From Candidatus Kapaibacterium sp. (lineage in GTDB: Bacteria > Bacteroidota > Ignavibacteria > Kapaibacteriales > WFXC01): a stretch of DNA of 57,591 nt. The stretch spans positions 1-57,591 of the forward strand of contig JALWJX010000040.1 of NCBI GenBank assembly GCA_026996895.1, given 5' to 3'. Positions 1 through 10,236 of the stretch are shown here, piece by piece (the first letter of the stretch is position 1; the number at the start of each line of letters is the position of its first letter). The position numbers were made by a program, and so were the translations under genes. Below the pieces are notes generated by a model. The model was not told where the DNA came from. It saw only the letters and a list, made by a program, of their open reading frames with translations, and searched no databases.

Positions 1-84
1 GAGGGGTTGAGCAGCGGGATACATTTTGTGCGTTTGCGGAGCGGGCGGTATATGAAAGTGGTACCGGTGTGGGTGGTGAAGTAG
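1..84 (+). CDS. 3' end of a T9SS-secreted protein (type A C-terminal sorting domain tail), partial
   Basis: Frame 1 reads EGLSSGIHFVRLRSGRYMKVVPVWVVK*, matching the LxxGxYxvrl...k/vxxk pattern that ends T9SS CTDs; not in the ORF track. Confidence 0.7.
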   Translation, partial: EGLSSGIHFVRLRSGRYMKVVPVWVVK

Positions 85-133
85 GAGAAGGAAAGCAGGG
101 TTGCAGGCAGAAGCGGCGGTAGCGATTTGAAGC

Positions 134-1108
134 TCAGGAGCCGGATGCTGCAGCAGAAGAGATCGGGACGGACGTTGCAAAGGAGGCGATTTGTTCCAGC
201 GGTGATGGCTCGGCAATGAGCTGGTGGAACGCTTCTTCCAGCGGCGTTGGTTGCCACTGGAGCGTACGCTGGAGCTTAGCAGCATTGAGCGATACGTCTC
301 GCACACGGGTTGTATATTCAGGCACTTCTTCCATCGTGGTTTCTATGATGCCGGTGGTGGGAATGTCCGCAATGTGGCAAAACCGGCGGACGAAGTCGAC
401 CCGGTTGATCCGTTCCGGACCACCAACGTGGAAGAGCTGACGCCAGTGCTGCGCCTGCCACAGTCGGAGAATGGCATCGGCAACATCGGAAACCAGAACG
501 GGAGAGCGATATTGATCGGTAAACAGCCGCACTGTTTTTCCCTGTCGCAATGCCTCACTGGCAAATCCCGGATAGCCGGGATTCCAGGGTAGTGGATGCC
601 CGAACATCAGGGACGTTCGAACAATGATCCACCGGGACAACAGCACCTGCCGCTGGAAGAGGGATTCCGCCAATAACTTCGTACGTCCGTATTCGATGAT
701 TGGCTTTGCCACATCTTCCTCACCGTAATTGCCTTTTTGCCCGTCGAAGACCAGATCGGTGGAAAGGAAGACCACTGGAATTTCCAGTGCCGTAGCAACA
801 CCAATCACGTTACTGGTTCCCACCACATTCATTTCCAGCGCCCGCACCGGGTGTTGCTCCGCTTGCAGGGGATTGGAATAGGCAGCCGAATGGATGATGA
901 GATCCGGCTGGAAATGTCGAACAGCGCTGAACAGTTCCTCCTGATTCAAAATATTTGCCTGCACCACCCACGCTGCTAACGGTGTATGGGCATAGAGCAC
1001 GGGTTGCCGGGTTCCCAGCGCAACCTGATAGCCACGCTGCAGGAACACGGCAGCAGCGTGGACTCCGAAAAATCCCGTGCCGCCAGTCAGAAAAATTCGC
1101 TGTGCCAT
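134..1108 (-). CDS. rfbD: RmlD-like extended SDR (dTDP-4-dehydrorhamnose reductase family)
   Basis: TGGTGFFG Rossmann motif, STDLVFDG, YGRTK (YxxxK), DQYRSP; start moved to ATG 1108 (MAQRIFLTGG). Confidence 0.8.
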   Translation of the reverse strand: MAQRIFLTGGTGFFGVHAAAVFLQRGYQVALGTRQPVLYAHTPLAAWVVQANILNQEELFSAVRHFQPDLIIHSAAYSNPLQAEQHPVRALEMNVVGTSNVIGVATALEIPVVFLSTDLVFDGQKGNYGEEDVAKPIIEYGRTKLLAESLFQRQVLLSRWIIVRTSLMFGHPLPWNPGYPGFASEALRQGKTVRLFTDQYRSPVLVSDVADAILRLWQAQHWRQLFHVGGPERINRVDFVRRFCHIADIPTTGIIETTMEEVPEYTTRVRDVSLNAAKLQRTLQWQPTPLEEAFHQLIAEPSPLEQIASFATSVPISSAAASGS

Positions 1109-1245
1109 CCCGCTATGCGACCCTCTGCCCCGCAATTGTTGAAACTGCGATTTTTGCCTGAGGCTTTTCTCTCACCCCGATCCCTTCACGATATTGCACG
1201 ACACATCAACGTATGCTGCTATTATCGACCGTATGCCCCGGAAAT

Positions 1246-2649
1246 TCAACGGTGCTTCTGCGTCGACTGCTGCGCCATCGTCGCTGCCAGCAATTCATAG
1301 AATACTGCAACGGTCTCCATTCCCCGGTAAAAATTGTCCAGGTGAAAATGCTCATTTGGCGAGTGGGCATTTTCCGTCGGCAGCGCAAACCCCATCAAAA
1401 CCGGTGTTGCCTCCAACTGCTTCTGGAACAAACTCACGATCGGAATAGAGCCGCCTTCCCGAATCAGGTATGCGGAGGTTTGATAGACCGTCTCCAGTGC
1501 TTTCAATGCCACCTGAATCGGGGGACTTTCAGGATCCACCAGCACGGGATCACCACCGTAGAGATCCAGCACGTCAATTTCCACCGTTGGTGGTGCCAGG
1601 TACTGCAAATACCGGATCGTTTTTTGCGCAATATCTGCCGGGGATTGATCCGGCACCAACCGCATCGAGATTTTCGCTCCAGCCGCTGCCGGGATAATTG
1701 TTTTTGCTCCTTTCCCCTGAAACCCGCTCCACAGTCCATTGACATCCAGGGTCGGGCGAGTCCACAACCACTCTACCGGTGAGTACCCTGCTTCACCATA
1801 CAGCATCGGAACGCCGATGGAGTGAGCAAATGCTGCTGGATCAAACGGGACCTGCGCCAGCGCCTGCTGTTCCAGCTCGGAGAGTGGGCGCACATCATCA
1901 TAAAAACCGGGGATGGTGATCCGCCCATACCGATCTTTAAGCTGAGCAATCATCCAGCTCAACACGTTTGCCGGATTATCCACGGCACCACCGAAAGAGC
2001 CAGAGTGAAGATCGCGCCGTGGACCGCGAACGTGGAGTTCTACATACGCCAGTCCCCGCAGTCCATAGCAGACTGCCGGCTTTTCCGGTCCCAGCATTGC
2101 CGTATCAGAAATCAGCACGACATCCGCATCCAGCATCTGCCGATGCTGCTTGACAAAATCTCCCAGATGCACGCTCCCGATTTCCTCTTCCCCTTCAATC
2201 AGCACTTTGACATTCACCGGCAACCGTCCTTCAACGCGCAGCCATGCTTCCAGCGCTTTCAGTTGCAGCCACACCTGCCCTTTATCATCCATTGCGCCAC
2301 GGGCATAGATGGCACCATCGCGGATGGTGGGACGAAAAGGAGGCGAATCCCACAGATCCACGGGGTCTACCGGCTGCACATCATAGTGTCCATACACCAA
2401 CACCGTTGGCGCCTGCGCTCCCGCTTCCAGCCATTCGCCATAGACAACCGGATGTCCTTCGGTCGGAAATAGCTGCACATTCTGCAATCCAAGCATCTGC
2501 AAATGATCTCGCAACCACGAAGCGCATAACTGCACATCCTCCTTTCGGGAAGGATCGGTACTGATGCTGGGAAACTGCAAAAACGTAATAAGCTCGTCCA
2601 GAAACCGCTCCTGATTGGTGCGAAGAAATGTCCGAACCGCTTCACTCAT
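1246..2649 (-). CDS. M20 family dipeptidase (DapE/ArgE-like)
   Basis: YGHYDVQP, RGAMDDKG, EGEEEIGS, DLHSG, GGSIP, AHSPNE metal-binding motifs. Confidence 0.92.
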   Translation of the reverse strand: MSEAVRTFLRTNQERFLDELITFLQFPSISTDPSRKEDVQLCASWLRDHLQMLGLQNVQLFPTEGHPVVYGEWLEAGAQAPTVLVYGHYDVQPVDPVDLWDSPPFRPTIRDGAIYARGAMDDKGQVWLQLKALEAWLRVEGRLPVNVKVLIEGEEEIGSVHLGDFVKQHRQMLDADVVLISDTAMLGPEKPAVCYGLRGLAYVELHVRGPRRDLHSGSFGGAVDNPANVLSWMIAQLKDRYGRITIPGFYDDVRPLSELEQQALAQVPFDPAAFAHSIGVPMLYGEAGYSPVEWLWTRPTLDVNGLWSGFQGKGAKTIIPAAAGAKISMRLVPDQSPADIAQKTIRYLQYLAPPTVEIDVLDLYGGDPVLVDPESPPIQVALKALETVYQTSAYLIREGGSIPIVSLFQKQLEATPVLMGFALPTENAHSPNEHFHLDNFYRGMETVAVFYELLAATMAQQSTQKHR

Positions 2650-2671
2650 TCTTCCACTCCTCTGGCTACTG

Positions 2672-3715
2672 TCACAAACGTTCCGATCTTTGTTTCCATA
2701 ACGATCCTTTCGCCTGTTCCCGGAGCAAAAACCCCGTGCCGAGAATCAGGGCAACACCGTACATTCCAACGGCGTGGGCAATTGTTGCGTACGCCAGCGC
2801 TGTTTCCGGCGACAGTCCATACAACGTATGCAACGTTGCTTTCGTGATGGAATGGTACACACCAATGGCGCCCGGTGTTGGCGCAATAGCAATGCCAATG
2901 CTGGTAACAAAGCAGAGAAAGTTTGCATCCACAAAGCTGAGCGGTGACTGGTATTGAAAGTCGAAAGCAAAAAACAGCACGTACAGCGAGAGAATGTAGA
3001 GCATCCACATTACGGCTGTCTGAAGCGTCAGCGCCAGATACTGCCGCGGCGAGCTTAGAATGGAAAATCCCTGCTTAAACCGATCCAGCACCTGAAGCGC
3101 ACGATGGTAAAACGTCGTTGAGATGCGTTTCAGGGTCACCCGCAACACCCGTTGAATCACCGTTGTCCGCAACAGCAGATACAGGATCACGATAATTCCT
3201 GCAAAGGGAATCAGCAACGTATTGACAAAGCTGCGGCTGAAGTCCGGAAACAGCAGTTGCAACTCTTTCTGGTAGAACACAAAGACAAAGAAACCCAGGA
3301 TGAGAATGCTCAAGATGTCAATAATGCGCTCTACCACCACGGTTGCTAGGGAGGAGGTCATCGACAACTGTTCATTGCGACTCAGCACGTACGGACGCAG
3401 CAATTCGCCGGATCGCGGGATGAGCAGGTTAAAAAAGTAGCCAACCATTGTTGCCGAAAAAGCATTGACCAGTGAAATGCCCGGCGCAATGGGGGAAAGG
3501 ATCGTTCGCCACCGCTGTGCTCGAATGAGATGCGCCACAGCGGTACAGGCGCCGGAGAACACCAGCCATTGCCATCGAACCTGGATCAGGGTTTGCCAGA
3601 ACTGTGTCCACTCGATTCCCTGAATGGCATAATAGACAGAGCCAACCAGAATAGCGGTTGAAAAAGCATACTTCAACCACCGCTGCACTCTCCGATTCTT
3701 TCCCTGCTCTGCCAC
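2672..3715 (-). CDS. Lysylphosphatidylglycerol synthase TM domain / UPF0104 flippase-like membrane protein
   Basis: RAQRW, GYFFNLLIPRSGELLRP, VVERIID, PTPGAIGVYH motifs; multiple TM segments; GTG start. Confidence 0.85.
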   Translation of the reverse strand: MAEQGKNRRVQRWLKYAFSTAILVGSVYYAIQGIEWTQFWQTLIQVRWQWLVFSGACTAVAHLIRAQRWRTILSPIAPGISLVNAFSATMVGYFFNLLIPRSGELLRPYVLSRNEQLSMTSSLATVVVERIIDILSILILGFFVFVFYQKELQLLFPDFSRSFVNTLLIPFAGIIVILYLLLRTTVIQRVLRVTLKRISTTFYHRALQVLDRFKQGFSILSSPRQYLALTLQTAVMWMLYILSLYVLFFAFDFQYQSPLSFVDANFLCFVTSIGIAIAPTPGAIGVYHSITKATLHTLYGLSPETALAYATIAHAVGMYGVALILGTGFLLREQAKGSLWKQRSERL

Positions 3716-3769
3716 CAGCCTACCGCGCCCCTATGGAACAACTCTGTTACGCAGCGTGTCACTGCCAGT

Positions 3770-3856
3770 CCACGGAACAATGCTCGAGCTGTTGGATGCT
3801 GCGATCGGCAAACTCCTCATCGAATCACCGTCATTCCATGGCACAATCTTCGAAGC
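3770..3856. repeat. Degenerate direct repeat pair, 66 nt period
   Basis: CCACGGAACAATGCTCGA (3770) vs CCATGGCACAATCTTCGA (3836), 14/18 identical; partial copy CTATGGAACAA at 3731. Confidence 0.35.
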
Positions 3857-4027
3857 ACGAGCGCAATCGCTCCCAACTCCCGGCATTGAAGCATACTCCA
3901 GCGCTGCTGTTAAACGCAGGGAATCACCATCACAGCACTCTTCAGAGGTTCTTTGCCGCTGCGTTCCTCCGGACACATTGCAGCGCCCCTTTTTCTCCCA
4001 ATGTGTCAGCATATCTCTTTTCATCGT

Positions 4028-6907
4028 TCACGATGAAACAACCGGTTGCACGGTGGACACTTTTGAATCGGTGCGATGTGGTGACAACAAAGGTGCTAAG
4101 AATTTCCCCGTGATGGATGCCTCAGTCGCCGCTATCTGTTCCGGTGGTCCAGCCGCAACCACGTGGCCGCCGCGATCGCCCCCTTCCGGACCCAGATCAA
4201 TGACCCAATCCGCCACTTTGACAACTTCCAGATTGTGCTCCACCACAACCACGGTATGTCCCTTCCGCACCAGCGCCTGCACAGCATCCAGCAGTCTGGC
4301 GACATCTTCAAAGTGCAAGCCGGTGGTCGGCTCATCCAGCAGGAACAAAATCTTCTCCGTTGCATTTTTACCAGCCGCCAGATGGGACACCAGCTTCAGC
4401 CGCTGTGCCTCACCGCCCGACAGAGTGGTCAGCGGCTGCCCCAGGCGCAGATAATCCAGCCCCACTGTCTGCAGCAGTTGCAGGGGGCGGGTAATACGCG
4501 GGAAACCGGCAAAAAACGCCAGTGCTTCTGAAACGGTCATCTGGAGCACATCCACAATGGATTTGCCCCGGTAGCGAACATCCAGCACATCGGAGCGGTA
4601 GCGGGTACCGTGACAGGCTTCACATTCGATGAGCACATCTGCCAGGAACTGCATTTCTATCCGAATCCATCCTTCCCCCTGGCAGGTGGGGCAACGTCCG
4701 CCGGAGGGGGAATTAAAAGAAAACATTTTCGGCTCCCATCCTCGATGCTGTGCCGCTGGCTGGGCAGCGAACAACCGGCGAATTTCATCAAATGCTTTCG
4801 TATACGTTGCCGGGGTGGATCGGGAAGAGCGACTGATGGGAGATTGATCGACCAATTCGACCGCATCGATCCATTGTAACCCTTCAATTGTGTCGAAGCA
4901 TCCCACTTCCGAAACGGGCAATCCCTTCAGCCGCCGCACACCTTTGTACAGCACATCGTACAGCACCGTACTTTTGCCCGATCCACTAACGCCCGTAATC
5001 GCCACCAGGCAACCCAGCGGTATGGAAATGTCCTCTCCTTTCAAATTATGCTGCCGCGGTTTTCGCACTACCAGCCACTGATTACCGGGAGTGCGGCGCC
5101 GCTTCGGTACGGCAATTTTTTTGCGTCCCGACAAATAGGCAGCCGTCAGCGTATCGGCACGCTCCAGTTCGGCAGGCGTTCCCTGAAAAACAACCGTTCC
5201 TCCCCGCTCTCCCGCTCCAGGTCCCAGTTCAACGATGTGGTCGGCACTCCGAATGACATCCGCATCGTGCTCTACAACAATCACGGTGTTTCCGATCGAT
5301 CGCAAATGGAACAGGACGTTGAGCAGACGGTGAATGTCGCGCGGATGCAATCCGATGCTGGGTTCATCCAGCACGTAGAGTGTGCCGGTAAGGGTCGAAC
5401 TGAGCGCTGTTGCCAGATTGATCCGCTGCACTTCGCCGCCGGAGAGCGTATGCGCCAGACGATCCAGGGTGAGGTAATGCAATCCAATATCCAGCAGCAC
5501 CGCCAGCCGTCGGCGAATCTCCTGCAACACCCGTTCGGCAATCTGCTGCTCTGCAGGCGACAACTCCAGGGTGTCAAAGAAAGCGGCGGCTTCGGCAATG
5601 GTCATTCGCACAACTTCGACAATGGAGCGTCCGCCAACGAAAACCTGTCGGGCAGAAGTCCGTAACCGCGACCCTCCGCACGCCGGGCACCGGGTATAGC
5701 CACGGTAGCGACTGAGAAAAACCCGCGCCTGAATCTTATGCGCTTTCTGTTCCAGCATCTGGAAAAATCCCCGAATTCCCGGGTACTCATCTGCTCCATC
5801 CCAGAGAATCCGGAGCGCCTGCGGATCCAGACTGCGAATTGGCTTATCCAGCGGGATGCCATACCGTTTTGCTATCCGAATCAGCAGTGCCTGATATCGG
5901 GACCCTTTGGGCGTCTGAAATGGATGGATCGCTCCTTCCAGCAACGACCGTTCTTTGTTGGGAATCACCAGATTTTCATCGATGCCGATGCTGCGTCCAA
6001 ATCCCTGACATTTTGGACAGGCACCAACGGGATTGTTGAAGGAAAAAAGCTGTGGACGCGGCTCTTCGTACGGAATGCCGCAATAGGTGCATTCGTACCG
6101 ATTGGAAAAGACCTCCTGCCGCTCCTGCGTCAGATTCCGAACAATGCATTTGCCGTCCCCGTAGCGAAACGCCTGCTCCAGCGCCTCTGCCAGCCGGGAA
6201 CGCGCCTCTTCTTCGTCGCGGTACACCAGCCGATCAATGAGTACAAACACCCGTTCACGTGGTGTGCGCAGAATCGTCTCACGATCCTCTGCAATCTCGC
6301 TATCGAAGATAGTAGTCTCTTCACCAAGCACAAAGCGGAAGAAACCAGCACTGCGGAGCGACAGCAGTTGCTGCTCCCAATCGCTGTGTTCAACTCGTGG
6401 CAATGGGATCAAAATGTACAGCCGGTCGCCTTCCTTCAGGGATTCCTGCAACGTTCGCAGCGCAATTTCGGGTGTATCACGCTGCACCGTACGCCCGCAC
6501 TCTTTACAACGGGTTTTCCCGATCCGACCGTAAAGCAGTCGCAAATAGTCGTAGACTTCCGTCATTGTCCCCACCGTTGAACGGGGATTTTTCGGCACTC
6601 CCTTTTGCTCAATCGCAATCGCTGGTGGAATGCCGACGATGCGGTCAACGTCCGGTTTCTGCATACGATCCAGAAACTGACGGGCATAGGCAGAAAGGGA
6701 TTCCACGAACCGCCGCTGTCCCTCCGCATAAATGGTGTCGAAAGCCAGGGAAGATTTGCCCGACCCGGAAACACCACAAATCACCGTCAGTGCACCGCGG
6801 GGAATCTCCAGCGAAAGGTTCTTCAAATTGTGCGTCCTCGCCCCTTTAACGACAATCGCACCACGACTGAAAATCGTTCGTTTCGTTCGTTGCCCTTTGC
6901 CTGCCAA
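4028..6907 (-). CDS. uvrA: Excinuclease ABC subunit A
   Basis: GARTHNLK, two Walker A (GVSGSGKS), LSGGE signatures, CxxC zinc fingers. The first 240 codons of the 1199-aa ORF are the antisense shadow of the + strand gene; likely start TTG 6907. Confidence 0.95.
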   Translation of the reverse strand: MAGKGQRTKRTIFSRGAIVVKGARTHNLKNLSLEIPRGALTVICGVSGSGKSSLAFDTIYAEGQRRFVESLSAYARQFLDRMQKPDVDRIVGIPPAIAIEQKGVPKNPRSTVGTMTEVYDYLRLLYGRIGKTRCKECGRTVQRDTPEIALRTLQESLKEGDRLYILIPLPRVEHSDWEQQLLSLRSAGFFRFVLGEETTIFDSEIAEDRETILRTPRERVFVLIDRLVYRDEEEARSRLAEALEQAFRYGDGKCIVRNLTQERQEVFSNRYECTYCGIPYEEPRPQLFSFNNPVGACPKCQGFGRSIGIDENLVIPNKERSLLEGAIHPFQTPKGSRYQALLIRIAKRYGIPLDKPIRSLDPQALRILWDGADEYPGIRGFFQMLEQKAHKIQARVFLSRYRGYTRCPACGGSRLRTSARQVFVGGRSIVEVVRMTIAEAAAFFDTLELSPAEQQIAERVLQEIRRRLAVLLDIGLHYLTLDRLAHTLSGGEVQRINLATALSSTLTGTLYVLDEPSIGLHPRDIHRLLNVLFHLRSIGNTVIVVEHDADVIRSADHIVELGPGAGERGGTVVFQGTPAELERADTLTAAYLSGRKKIAVPKRRRTPGNQWLVVRKPRQHNLKGEDISIPLGCLVAITGVSGSGKSTVLYDVLYKGVRRLKGLPVSEVGCFDTIEGLQWIDAVELVDQSPISRSSRSTPATYTKAFDEIRRLFAAQPAAQHRGWEPKMFSFNSPSGGRCPTCQGEGWIRIEMQFLADVLIECEACHGTRYRSDVLDVRYRGKSIVDVLQMTVSEALAFFAGFPRITRPLQLLQTVGLDYLRLGQPLTTLSGGEAQRLKLVSHLAAGKNATEKILFLLDEPTTGLHFEDVARLLDAVQALVRKGHTVVVVEHNLEVVKVADWVIDLGPEGGDRGGHVVAAGPPEQIAATEASITGKFLAPLLSPHRTDSKVSTVQPVVSS

Positions 6908-6949
6908 AGCGGTTGTCTGAGGATATTGTTCAACAGTCCAAAAGAGGCT

Positions 6950-7609
6950 ATGACGAAAGGATGGGCGCAAACAGTGAAAACGGCGTGGGGAGCGTACTGG
7001 CAAGACCGTATTTTTCGCCGCTCCCTTGCCGGCGCACTCGTAGTGAGCATTCTGACCCTCATCGCCTTTTCCCGGCTGCTCCTCTGGATCGAGCAACGAC
7101 CAGGCGTTATTCTGCCGGATCCACTGCTCCGGTTTTCGCCAGTCGATCTCACCTGGTTGAGCTTTGCGGCGATCTATGGCGGGATCCTCCTTGCCATCTG
7201 GAAACTCCTGCCAGATCCACCCCGGCTTCTGACGGGCATCATCGCCTATACCCTGCTGCTCTGGATCCGCTCCCTCACCCTGTGGCTGACGCCGCTGGAT
7301 CCACCGCCAACGATGATCCTGCTCCGCGATCCGCTCGTCGAATGGATCGGTACTGGCGGCACTACCCTCAGCCGGGATCTGTTCTTCTCCGGACACACCG
7401 CAGGACTGGTACTGCTCACCCTCATTCTTCCTCCATCCCGGATCCGATGGATGATGGCGGGGCTGGCAACTACCGTCGGGATAGCCGTGATCGCCCAGCA
7501 CGTGCACTACAGCATCGACGTTGTAGCTGCTCCCTTCTTCGCCGCCGGTGCTGCTGCGCTCGGCAAGCGCCTGGTACGCCGTCTCCATATCACTCGCCAA
7601 TTGCCGTGA
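6950..7609 (+). CDS. PAP2-superfamily membrane protein, sphingomyelin-synthase-like (PAP2_C)
   Basis: LPDPLL, IRSLTLWLT, DLFFSGHT, HYSIDV motifs; about 6 TM helices; ATG 6950. Confidence 0.8.
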   Translation: MTKGWAQTVKTAWGAYWQDRIFRRSLAGALVVSILTLIAFSRLLLWIEQRPGVILPDPLLRFSPVDLTWLSFAAIYGGILLAIWKLLPDPPRLLTGIIAYTLLLWIRSLTLWLTPLDPPPTMILLRDPLVEWIGTGGTTLSRDLFFSGHTAGLVLLTLILPPSRIRWMMAGLATTVGIAVIAQHVHYSIDVVAAPFFAAGAAALGKRLVRRLHITRQLP

Positions 7610-7821
7610 TGGTTGCGAAAAGTGCAATAGGTGCGTTGCAAACCTCCATTCACAACGCCGCCAGCGAAGCAGTGGGCTGGCAATGGTTATACCCGGACCT
7701 GTAAAATGATGCCAGGTAGCCGGAAGGATTTGTTGAAGATCGGGTGGGACGTTCTGCTTTCGCGTTCTTCGCCTCTGATATTCGTCTGTTGACCACTCTT
7801 AGAACGAACTGAGGGACACTG

Positions 7822-9372
7822 ATGAAACCGTCGCAAATCTTCCTGCCGACGATCGATGAAATGGATCGTCCACGTTCGAACTGCGGGGTCGTTGGAGTGT
7901 ACGGTCATCCGCAGGCAGCAGTGATGGTGTATTACGCACTCCACGCCCTGCAACACCGGGGACAGGAAGCTGCGGGAATCGTTGCCGCCCGGCGGGATCC
8001 ACTGACGCAGAAAATCCGGTTCTACGCCCATCGGGATAAAGGACTGGTGCTGGAGGTTTTCAGCAATCCCGCCATTCTCAAGGATCACCTTGCCGGCTCA
8101 ATGGCAATTGGGCACAACCGGTATTCCACAACCGGAGGCACCGATGTTCGTGCCAATATTCAGCCCTTTGCCATTCGATATCGCAAGGGCAATTTAGCCC
8201 TTTCCCACAATGGAAATTTGACCAACACCCGCCAGTTACGGGAGCAATTGCAGCAGGAAGGGGCAATTTTCCAGAGTTCCACCGATACAGAAATTTTTCT
8301 CCACCTGATCGCCCGCAGCCGAGCAGAAGATCCCATCGAGCAGATCTTAGAAGCACTCCGCACCGTGCGTGGCGCTTATGCTCTGGTAATGATGACTGAT
8401 ACGCAACTCTTAGCAGCCCGGGATCCATACGGCATCCGCCCATTAGCGATTGGTAGAATTCCGCTGGAGGCTGGCAAATGGGCGTACATTGTCGCATCGG
8501 AAACCTGCGCCTTCGATATTATCGGTGCGGAGTATGTGCGCGATGTTCGACACAATGAACTGATCGTTATCGATCAGGAAACGCTGGAGACCGGCACGAT
8601 TCACTCCTTTTCCATCCAGCCCAGCACTCCTACTGCCCGCCACTGCATTTTCGAATACGTCTACTTTGCTCGCCCCGATAGCACAATCTTTGGACACAGC
8701 GTCGACAAAGTTCGGCGACGGCTGGGGAAACGGCTGGCAGAAGAAGCACCGGTGTATCCTTCCGACGAGAAAAAAGTTGTTGTGATGGGTGTACCGGACA
8801 GTGCGAACACGGCTTCACTGGGTTATGCACAGCAACTGGCAAAGCAGGAAATTCCGTCGAAATACGAGATCGGGCTCATCCGCAGTCACTACATTGGACG
8901 AACGTTTATCGCCCCCGGACAGGATGCCCGGGAAATCCGGGTCAAAGCCAAATTCAATCCGGTCGCTGGCGTGCTGCGCAACCGGACGGTCGTGATGGTG
9001 GACGATTCCATCGTGCGGGGGACAACCGCCAAAGCCCTGGTGCAACTGGTACGCTCCACGGGCTTAAAGGAGCTCCACCTGCGCATTTCTTCCCCACCGG
9101 TGCGTTTCCCCTGCCACTACGGAATGGATTTTCCCAGCTACGAAGAGTTGATCGCCAACCATTTCCAGAGCGACCAGCAGCGGATTGGACAGGAGCTGGG
9201 CGCTGACTCCCTGCACTACCTTTCCCTTCAGGGCTTGCACGCAGCAGTTTCCCAGGAAGAGGGGATCGGGTACTGCGATGCGTGCTTTACCGGAAACTAT
9301 CCCGTGCCGATCGAAGAAGATGCGCACAAAGACGATCTGGATGTGGAAATGACCATCGAAATGCCTGGATGA
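7822..9372 (+). CDS. purF: Amidophosphoribosyltransferase (propeptide/Fe-S type)
   Basis: NCGVVG nucleophile, LQHRGQE, GHNRYST, HNGN, VDDSIVRGTT PRPP loop, Fe-S Cys in CIFEY, CHYGMD and CDAC. Confidence 0.97.
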   Translation: MKPSQIFLPTIDEMDRPRSNCGVVGVYGHPQAAVMVYYALHALQHRGQEAAGIVAARRDPLTQKIRFYAHRDKGLVLEVFSNPAILKDHLAGSMAIGHNRYSTTGGTDVRANIQPFAIRYRKGNLALSHNGNLTNTRQLREQLQQEGAIFQSSTDTEIFLHLIARSRAEDPIEQILEALRTVRGAYALVMMTDTQLLAARDPYGIRPLAIGRIPLEAGKWAYIVASETCAFDIIGAEYVRDVRHNELIVIDQETLETGTIHSFSIQPSTPTARHCIFEYVYFARPDSTIFGHSVDKVRRRLGKRLAEEAPVYPSDEKKVVVMGVPDSANTASLGYAQQLAKQEIPSKYEIGLIRSHYIGRTFIAPGQDAREIRVKAKFNPVAGVLRNRTVVMVDDSIVRGTTAKALVQLVRSTGLKELHLRISSPPVRFPCHYGMDFPSYEELIANHFQSDQQRIGQELGADSLHYLSLQGLHAAVSQEEGIGYCDACFTGNYPVPIEEDAHKDDLDVEMTIEMPG

Positions 9373-10169
9373 AGCGCCTGCCACAGCGTGTGATCTGCTT
9401 GACGGAAGAAACAACGGAAACGCTGTACCTCTTAGGTGCTGATCACCTATTAGTGGGCATTTCCGGTTTCGTCGTGCGTCCACCCCACGCCCGCAAAGAA
9501 AAACCGAAGGTTTCGACGTACCTGGAGGTAAATCTGGAGAAAGTTCGGGAACTGCAACCCGATCTCATATTCGCCTGGTCCGATTTACAGGCGGACATTT
9601 GCGCTCAGCTCATCAAAGAAGGGTACGAAGTGTATTGCTTCAATCATCGATCGGTCGATGGCATTCTGGCAATGATCGAACGACTGGGATTGCTGGTCGG
9701 CAAGCCTCAGGAGACACAGGCGCTGATCGATCGTCTTCAGCACCGATTAGCCGCAATCGCTGCGAAAGGGAAGCAGCGGAAGCGGAAGCCGCGGGTCTAC
9801 TTTGAAGAATGGTACGATCCGTTAATCAGCGGTATTCGGTGGGTTTCAGAGCTGATCGAGCTGTGCGGTGGGATAGACATTTTCCCGGAGCTTCGCCAGT
9901 ACCCCGATGCGCGCCGCCGGATCATTGCGGATCCGCAGGAAGTAGTCCGCCGCCAACCCGACATCATTCTGGTATCGTGGTGTGGGAAGATGTTCAAACC
10001 AGAGCGGATGCAACGCCGACCCGGCTGGGATCAGATCCCTGCGCTCCGCAACGGGTGGGTCTATGAAATCCCCTCTGCTATCATCTTGCAGCCCGGACCA
10101 GCGGCACTGACCGACGGCGTTGATGCTATTTGCGATATCATCGATCGATGGGAGGCGGCGCAATCGTGA
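9369..10169 (+). CDS. Cobalamin/Fe-siderophore-type helical-backbone binding protein (BtuF-like)
   Basis: RVICLTEETTETLY, RVYFEEWYDP, ILQPGPA; ATGA overlap with purF stop. Confidence 0.85.
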   Translation: MKRLPQRVICLTEETTETLYLLGADHLLVGISGFVVRPPHARKEKPKVSTYLEVNLEKVRELQPDLIFAWSDLQADICAQLIKEGYEVYCFNHRSVDGILAMIERLGLLVGKPQETQALIDRLQHRLAAIAAKGKQRKRKPRVYFEEWYDPLISGIRWVSELIELCGGIDIFPELRQYPDARRRIIADPQEVVRRQPDIILVSWCGKMFKPERMQRRPGWDQIPALRNGWVYEIPSAIILQPGPAALTDGVDAICDIIDRWEAAQS

Positions 10170-10236
10170 GCAGCATTTCTCCACAGCCACTGCGCTGCAG
10201 CCGGTGGATCGAAAGCAGCAACAACGGCGGACGGCA

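Noticed and set aside
6908-7627. 240-aa N-terminal extension of UvrA in the ORF track
   Set aside because: It is the antisense of the PAP2/SMS-like gene; UvrA homology starts near 6860
7690-7735. SRP RNA-like CAGGTAGCCGGAAGG
   Set aside because: Lacks the following AGCAG and a pairing helix
10170-10236. 6S RNA upstream of ygfA
   Set aside because: The gap is only about 67 nt
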